64,000 bases of DNA, taken from assembly GCF_017348835.2 (NCBI RefSeq), contig NZ_CP071375.1; one strand, written 5' to 3'. Source of the DNA: Escherichia coli. Its GTDB lineage: Bacteria; Pseudomonadota; Gammaproteobacteria; Enterobacterales; Enterobacteriaceae. Of this stretch, positions 58,246 to 64,000 are shown in pieces. The stretch's first letter is position 1, and each line of letters starts with the position of its first letter. Below the pieces are notes generated by a model. It saw only the letters and a program-made list of their open reading frames with translations, was not told the origin of the DNA and did no database searches. Made by a program: the position numbers and the translations under genes.

Positions 58246-58304
58246 CCATTAAAAAGCCCGGATCGCGGGAAGCGCCTCCGGGCGTTTAACATTCACTCAA
58301 CCTA

Positions 58305-59402
58305 TCAGGCGCTTTGTGCGAGAGCAAGTTCCTCATCTCGGGTTTCGATACGCTCGTCGCCGTTATACAGCCGCGCATGTTGCAGACCAACGAATAAACG
58401 CTCGCCACGCTGCGGGGCATCGTCGCCATGCATCACGACCGTCAGCGGTTCGTTGTACCACCCCAGCGGCTGCACCACTAATTGGGTGTAGTGACCTTTC
58501 GGGCTGGCTTCCAGTACCTGTACCGGCAGCGGCGAATCGAGGCTGGTACGGCGGCTGATATCCACTTCCCAAGGGCGCAGGAAGAGATCCACCGGCCCCT
58601 GATATGCAGGTGTGTAGCCCAGCGGCCAGCGATGCGCGCCAACATGGAACTGCCCGCCGCGAATGGTTCCCTGCAGGCGGTTCACTTCGCCCATAAATTC
58701 GAGCACAAAACGGGTCGCCGGTTCGCGCCATACCTGATCCGGCGCGTCAGCCTGTTCAATATTGCCCTGGCTCATCACAACTACACGATCAGCTACTTCG
58801 GTCGCTTCTTCCTGATCGTGGGTCACAAAAACGCTGGTGAATTTTAGTTCTTCATGGAGTTGACGCAGCCAGCGACGCAGCTCTTTACGCACCTGCGCAT
58901 CCAGCGCGCCAAACGGTTCATCAAGCAGCAGAATTTGCGGTTCCACAGCCAGCGCGCGCGCCAGCGCCACGCGCTGTTTCTGGCCGCCGGAAAGCTGCGC
59001 CGGATAACGATCCGCCAGATGGGCAAGCTGGACCATTTCCAGCAATTTTGTCACTTTCGCTTTGATGGCTGCGGCATTCGGGCGCTCGCGACGCGGCAGC
59101 ACCGTCAGGCCAAAAGCGATATTGTCGAACACCGTCATATGGCGGAACAGCGCGTAATGCTGGAACACGAAACCGACTTTACGATCACGTGCGTGCAGGC
59201 GGCTCACGTCGGTGCCGTGGAAGCGAATATGCCCGCTGGTTTGATGCTCCAGCCCGGCGATAATGCGCAGCAGCGTGGTTTTCCCGGAACCGGACGGCCC
59301 CAGCAACGCGACCATCTGACCTGAAGGAATATCCAGTGAGATATCGTTCAGCACCTGGGTGCGACCAAAAGACTTCTTAATATTGGCAATCTCAATGCTC
59401 AT
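58305..59402 (-). CDS. cysA: Sulfate/thiosulfate ABC transporter ATP-binding protein
   Basis: 365-aa ORF with Walker A (GPSGSGKTT), ABC signature ([14 protein letters not shown]) and Walker B. Confidence 0.95.
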   Translation of the reverse strand: MSIEIANIKKSFGRTQVLNDISLDIPSGQMVALLGPSGSGKTTLLRIIAGLEHQTSGHIRFHGTDVSRLHARDRKVGFVFQHYALFRHMTVFDNIAFGLTVLPRRERPNAAAIKAKVTKLLEMVQLAHLADRYPAQLSGGQKQRVALARALAVEPQILLLDEPFGALDAQVRKELRRWLRQLHEELKFTSVFVTHDQEEATEVADRVVVMSQGNIEQADAPDQVWREPATRFVLEFMGEVNRLQGTIRGGQFHVGAHRWPLGYTPAYQGPVDLFLRPWEVDISRRTSLDSPLPVQVLEASPKGHYTQLVVQPLGWYNEPLTVVMHGDDAPQRGERLFVGLQHARLYNGDERIETRDEELALAQSA

Positions 59403-60267
59403 GATGCTCCTCCTGCTGCGCGCGTTTTTCCTGATTCTCCAGACGCCACTGCAACATACTCTTTAAAAACAGGGTGATAATCGCCATCAGCGTCAACAGC
59501 GCGGCGGCGGTAAAGGAGCCGACGGTGTTGTAGTCCTGCTCCAGCAATTCAATCTGTAACGGCAGCGAAAGTGTTTCGCCGCGAATCGAGCCGGAAACCA
59601 CCGACACCGCGCCAAACTCGCCAATCGCGCGGGCGTTGGTCAGCACTACGCCATAAAGCAGCGCCCAGCGGATGTTCGGCAATGTGACACGGCGGAACAT
59701 CTGCCAGCCAGACGCGCCAAGCAAAATCGCCGCTTCGTCTTCCTGGCTGCCCTGGCTTAACATCACCGGCACCAGCTCGCGCACCACAAACGGACATGTC
59801 ACAAAGATGGTGACCAGCACCATTCCCGGCCAGGAGAACATAATTTGCAGATTATGTTCATCCAGCCAGCCGCCGAGCGGGCCGTTAGAGCCGTAGAACA
59901 GCAGATACACCAGACCGGCAACCACCGGCGATACGGCAAACGGAATGTCCAGTAGCGTCAGCAGTAACTGGCGTCCAGGGAAGTTAAAGCGCGTCACCAG
60001 CCAGGCCAGCAGAATGCCGAACACCAGGTTTACCGGTACGGCAATCAGCGCGATCATCACCGTCAGCCAGATGGCGTGCAGCATATCCGGATCGGCCAGA
60101 TTCTGTAAAACCGGCATCAGCCCTTTGCTGAACGCCTGTACGAAGATATAAATCATCGGCACCAGCAGGATGAACGCCGATACCAGCATCCCGATGCCAA
60201 TCAGAAACCATTTGCCCCAGTTAATCGGGCGCGCGTCATAACGCTTCAATTGGGTAACTTCCGCCAT
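59392..60267 (-). CDS. cysW: Sulfate/thiosulfate ABC transporter permease
   Basis: 291-aa permease ORF; overlaps cysA by 11 nt. Confidence 0.95.
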   Translation of the reverse strand: MAEVTQLKRYDARPINWGKWFLIGIGMLVSAFILLVPMIYIFVQAFSKGLMPVLQNLADPDMLHAIWLTVMIALIAVPVNLVFGILLAWLVTRFNFPGRQLLLTLLDIPFAVSPVVAGLVYLLFYGSNGPLGGWLDEHNLQIMFSWPGMVLVTIFVTCPFVVRELVPVMLSQGSQEDEAAILLGASGWQMFRRVTLPNIRWALLYGVVLTNARAIGEFGAVSVVSGSIRGETLSLPLQIELLEQDYNTVGSFTAAALLTLMAIITLFLKSMLQWRLENQEKRAQQEEHHEH

Positions 60268-61100
60268 TAATGACCTACCACACGCCGACCAAAGCGACTT
60301 TGCAGAGTGTTAATTGAGAACAGCAGCAGCAGAGATGCCGCGAGGATCACCGAAGCAATCGCGCTCGCTGCCGGGTAATCAAACTCCTGCAAGCGCACAA
60401 AAATCATCAGCGACGTCACTTCCGTCTTCCAGGCGATGTTCCCGGCGATAAATATCACCGCGCCAAACTCACCAAGACTACGGGTAAACGACAACGCCAC
60501 GCCCGCCACCAGCGCCGGAGAAAGTTCCGGCAGCACCACTTTGCAGAAACTCTGCCAGCGCGTTGCACCAAGCGTTTCCGCCGCTTCTTCATATTCCGGG
60601 CCTAACTCTTCCAGCACCGGCTGCACGGTACGCACCACAAACGGAATGCTGGTAAAGGCCATCGCCACCGCAATCCCAAGCCAGGTGTAGGTGACTTTGA
60701 TATCAAACTTCGCCAGCCATTCACCGTAAAAACCGTTCACGGAAAAGAGCGAGGCCAGCGTTAAACCGGCGACTGCCGTTGGCAGCGCAAAGGGTAAATC
60801 CATCAGCGCATCAAGCAGCGTGCGGCCAGGGAAGCGATAACGAGTTAAGATCCACGCCATCAGCAGGCCGAAAACGCCGTTAAAAATCGATGCCACAAAC
60901 GCCGACAGCAGCGTCACTTTGTAGGCTGCGACCACCTGCGGGTTGGTGATCACCTCCCAGTACTGCGCCCAGCTCATCTGGGCCAGCTGCATCACCAGCG
61001 CGGAGAGTGGCAGGAGCAAAATCAGGCAAACAAACAGCAGACTGGTGCCGAGGCTTAAGGTAAAGCCCGGCAGCACGCGTCTTGATGAAACTGCAAACAT
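60267..61100 (-). CDS. cysU: Sulfate/thiosulfate ABC transporter permease
   Basis: 277-aa permease ORF; stop/start overlaps with cysW and cysP. Confidence 0.95.
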   Translation of the reverse strand: MFAVSSRRVLPGFTLSLGTSLLFVCLILLLPLSALVMQLAQMSWAQYWEVITNPQVVAAYKVTLLSAFVASIFNGVFGLLMAWILTRYRFPGRTLLDALMDLPFALPTAVAGLTLASLFSVNGFYGEWLAKFDIKVTYTWLGIAVAMAFTSIPFVVRTVQPVLEELGPEYEEAAETLGATRWQSFCKVVLPELSPALVAGVALSFTRSLGEFGAVIFIAGNIAWKTEVTSLMIFVRLQEFDYPAASAIASVILAASLLLLFSINTLQSRFGRRVVGH

Positions 61101-62116
61101 CAGTTACGCCCCGCCGCTAACAGCTTGTCTAACTCGCCGCCGCTGGTGAAGTGGGTTTTCATCACTTCCGGCCAGGAGCCAAATTTGTCTTCCACGCGGA
61201 ACAGTTCGGTCTGCGGGAATTTATCTTTCAGTTTGTCCATGACTTCCGGGTTATTTACGCGGTAGTAATAGTCGGTGATGATGGTCTGCGCCTGCGGGCT
61301 GTAGAGCCAGTTCAGGTAGGCTTTTGCTGCTTTTTCCGTACCGTTGGCCTGCACGTTTTTATCGACCCACGCCACCGGGAATTCCGCCAGAATGTTGGTT
61401 TTCGGAATCACCACTTCAAAGCCCTGCGCTTCATACTGTTTGCGGATGTTGTTCACTTCCGACTCGAAGCTGATCAGCACATCGCCCAGGCCGCGCTCGG
61501 CAAAAGTGGTGGTCGCGCCACGACCGCCAGTATCGAACACTTCAACGTTTTTCAGGAACTGGGTCATAAACTGTTCGGTTTTGGCTTTGTCGCCACCGTC
61601 AGCTTTATCCGCTGCGCCCCATGCCGCCAGATAGGTATAACGCGCGTTACCCGACGTTTTCGGGTTCGGGAAAATCAGCTTCACGTCGGAGCGCACCAGG
61701 TCGTTCCAGTCGTGGATATTCTTCGGGTTGCCCTTACGCACCAGGAAGCCCATGGTGGAGTAGAACGGCGAGCTATTATTCGGCAGGCGCGACTGCCAGT
61801 CCGCCGGGATAAGCTTGCCTTTATCGTGCAGAATTTGTACGTCGGTCACCTGGTTATAAGTGACAACGTCGGCTTTTAAGCCCTGCAAAATTGCCAGCGC
61901 CTGTTTTGATGACCCGGCATGAGATTGTTTTATCGTCAGTTTGTCGCCGCCGTTATCTTTGGCCCATTGTTGCTCAAACGGCGGGTTCAGGGCGGCAAAC
62001 AGCTCGCGGGAGACGTCATAAGAACTGTTCAGCAGTTCCGTTGCCTGTACATGGCCCGCCAGCAGCAGAGAAGCGACCAGCGCGAGTGAGTTCTTTTTCA
62101 GTAAGTTAACGGCCAT
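61100..62116 (-). CDS. cysP: Thiosulfate-binding periplasmic protein
   Basis: 338-aa ORF with a signal peptide; first gene of the cysPUWAM operon. Confidence 0.95.
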   Translation of the reverse strand: MAVNLLKKNSLALVASLLLAGHVQATELLNSSYDVSRELFAALNPPFEQQWAKDNGGDKLTIKQSHAGSSKQALAILQGLKADVVTYNQVTDVQILHDKGKLIPADWQSRLPNNSSPFYSTMGFLVRKGNPKNIHDWNDLVRSDVKLIFPNPKTSGNARYTYLAAWGAADKADGGDKAKTEQFMTQFLKNVEVFDTGGRGATTTFAERGLGDVLISFESEVNNIRKQYEAQGFEVVIPKTNILAEFPVAWVDKNVQANGTEKAAKAYLNWLYSPQAQTIITDYYYRVNNPEVMDKLKDKFPQTELFRVEDKFGSWPEVMKTHFTSGGELDKLLAAGRN

Positions 62117-62273
62117 TGCGCACCCTTATAAATTTAATGACTTTCTAATAGCCATCATATTTATAACGGACGTGAAAGGAGTAACGGTTTTATATACCGT
62201 TTGGTGATTTGGAAGTTGAAAAGGGAATAAGACGAAATCCTCCCCACACATGCAGGGAGGAAACAGAGGTGAA

Positions 62274-63065
62274 TCAGATGCCGACGCTAACCGTCTCCGG
62301 CAGTGTGCTGCCGCCATCAATCACATTCTGTGTACCGGTTAAATAACTTGATTCATCCGATGCGAGGAAGGCTGCCAGTTCGCCGACTTCCAGCGGATCG
62401 GCGAGGCGACGCAGCGGGATTGCTTTTGCCATTTCAGTCAGCACCGATTCTGGATCTTCCGGGTTCGACTGGCGGGCAATGCTTTCCGCCATTGGCGTGC
62501 GAACGTATCCCGGGCAGATGGCGTTAACGCGAATACCAGACTGCGCGTACTCCACCGCCAGCGATTTAGTCAGGCCAACAATCGCCGCTTTCGTTAAGGC
62601 ATACGCCGTTTCACCCGGATCGGCCACCATATCGCCAGTGACTGAAGACATCATCACAATGCGACCATCTTTGCGGGCAATCATCTCCGGCAACACCGCC
62701 TTCGTGACGTTCCATACGCCTTTAATATTGATATCAATATGGAAATCGCGATCGTCATCGCTCATATCGAGGAAACTGCCCAGACGACAAACGCCTGCGT
62801 TATTCACCAGGATATCAATGCGCCCTTCTTTTTCCTTCGCGCGTTTGATAGCTGCGGCTACCGACGCCGGGTCACGCACATCGGCGACAACCGCCGTACA
62901 GCGATGACCACGACCACACAGTTCGTCCGCCAGCTTTTCGATCTCAGGGGAGATATCCAGCAAGATTAGGTTTGCGCCATGACGCGCAAAAGTTCTGGCA
63001 ATTCCTTCGCCAATTCCCTGCAATGCGCCCGTAATCAGTGCTGTCTTGCCCGTGAGTTTACCCAT
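62274..63065 (-). CDS. ucpA: Short-chain dehydrogenase/reductase
   Basis: ORF 62274-63131 trimmed to the internal ATG (MGKLTGKTALITGALQGIGEGIA; Rossmann TGxxxGIG), 263 aa. Confidence 0.9.
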   Translation of the reverse strand: MGKLTGKTALITGALQGIGEGIARTFARHGANLILLDISPEIEKLADELCGRGHRCTAVVADVRDPASVAAAIKRAKEKEGRIDILVNNAGVCRLGSFLDMSDDDRDFHIDINIKGVWNVTKAVLPEMIARKDGRIVMMSSVTGDMVADPGETAYALTKAAIVGLTKSLAVEYAQSGIRVNAICPGYVRTPMAESIARQSNPEDPESVLTEMAKAIPLRRLADPLEVGELAAFLASDESSYLTGTQNVIDGGSTLPETVSVGI

Positions 63066-63193
63066 TTTAATGCTCTCCTTGTTAATACAGAGCGTTACAC
63101 TCCATTCCCTCTGAAAATACAGGATAAACAAAATATTGCTGCGGATCAGCTCACTAATTCAGGAAAATCTCAATCCAGTCGCTGCTTTATGCA

Positions 63194-64000
63194 TCATTTC
63201 AGGCGTTGTGTTAGCTCACTGCTGCGCTGAATCATTTTCAATGACTCCACATCATTGAGTTGCACAAGACCAACAAACAGTAAATCGGTAACAGAATTTT
63301 GCGCCGTGCGGGTAGACATCGACGAGCTACGCCATTCGGTTTCACCGGAAACGGTATCGAGCGTGAAATGCGCCAGCCGCCGCAGCGGAGAGTCAGCCAG
63401 AGAAGTAATGGCAATCACCGTTGCCCCCTGCTTTCGTGCCGCTTCTGCGCACAAGACAATCTCTTTTTTACTGCCGCTGTAAGAGATAGCGATTTGTACA
63501 TCGCCTTTTTTCAACGCCTGGGAAACGGTAGCTTGTACGTGCGTGTCGGCTTCGCAGGCCACGCGATAGCCAATTTTCATCAGTTTGAACGACAGATCGC
63601 GCCCCACCAGCGCCGATCCGCCCAGGCCCGTTATCTGGATAAACGGTGCTTTACTGATGACCTCAATGATTTTTTGCATCCGCGCGTAGTCGAACAACGC
63701 ACAGGTTTGATCCAGCGCCAGCTCTTTTTCGCGATTCAATTTGCGGGCAATCACTTCCAGCGAATCATCACTGGTAATCGAACTGTGCAGGTGCAGCGCC
63801 GTGGCATTCGTTTTCTCCCGGCTGGCACTGTATTCGCCAATTAACGCCATACGCAATTCAGTAAATCCTTGCGCGCCGAGCTTCTGGGCAAATTTCACAA
63901 TACTCGACTGGCTGATGCCGAGCTGTTTCGCCATCTTGCGCGAAGAGACGGATTTCAGCTCACTCACGTTGGCCCGCAGAAAGTCAGCAATTTTTTGCTC
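63194..64000 (-). CDS. murR: RpiR/SIS-family regulator MurR, partial (N-terminus lies beyond the window end)
   Basis: ORF 63194-63967 with SIS domain and part of the HTH (…[25 protein letters not shown]…); the frame remains open to the window end. Confidence 0.85.
   Translation of the reverse strand, partial: EQKIADFLRANVSELKSVSSRKMAKQLGISQSSIVKFAQKLGAQGFTELRMALIGEYSASREKTNATALHLHSSITSDDSLEVIARKLNREKELALDQTCALFDYARMQKIIEVISKAPFIQITGLGGSALVGRDLSFKLMKIGYRVACEADTHVQATVSQALKKGDVQIAISYSGSKKEIVLCAEAARKQGATVIAITSLADSPLRRLAHFTLDTVSGETEWRSSSMSTRTAQNSVTDLLFVGLVQLNDVESLKMIQRSSELTQRLK

Noticed and set aside
61151-61879. 242-aa plus-strand ORF inside cysP
   Set aside because: Antisense to cysP; Arg/His/Phe-rich composition.

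Overview
This window is an Escherichia coli chromosomal segment, collinear with the K-12 dsdA-to-murR region, and it is almost entirely well-characterised core genes. I did not find a convincing previously undescribed multi-gene system. Gene identities were assigned by recognising the translated ORFs and their order; no database search was run, and all comparisons with K-12 are from memory. The ORF track uses alternative start codons and longest-ORF extension, so several starts were trimmed to the biologically plausible start. Motif coordinates were read by eye and may be off by 1-2 nt.

Content, in order:
- 1-4220: right end of an IS3-family insertion sequence truncating cscK, then cscA and cscR (sucrose catabolism), then a 3' remnant of dsdX.
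- 4238-21600: dsdA, emrKY, evgAS, the EvgA-regulated oxalate/acid-resistance cluster yfdE-yfdV-oxc-frc-yfdX, ypdI, yfdY, lpxP.
- 21956-35922: the small protein gene ypdK (absent from the ORF track), alaC, ypdABC, the cryptic fryA-ypdE-ypdF-fryC-fryB operon, glk, yfeO.
- 36037-44357: ypeC, mntH, nupC, pdeA, two tRNA-Ala genes, yfeC, yfeD, gltX.
- 44616-45474: three tRNA-Val genes and one tRNA-Lys, followed by a 113-aa FlxA-like coiled-coil ORF.
- 45465-64000: yfeR, yfeH, ypeB, ligA, zipA, cysZ, cysK, ptsHI-crr, pdxK, yfeK, cysM, cysAWUP, ucpA and the 3' part of murR.

Strain-variable points relative to K-12:
- The csc island replaces dsdC and the 5' part of dsdX, and cscK is disrupted by the IS.
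- The FlxA-like ORF, with a sigma-28-like promoter, sits where K-12 has xapR-xapB-xapA-yfeN.
- No IS186 lies between nupC and pdeA.
- No yfeS lies between yfeK and cysM.

The most interesting single locus is the FlxA-like ORF. EvgA-box-like inverted repeats, twin candidate CscR operators and MntR/Fur boxes at mntH are the main regulatory signals read directly from the sequence.
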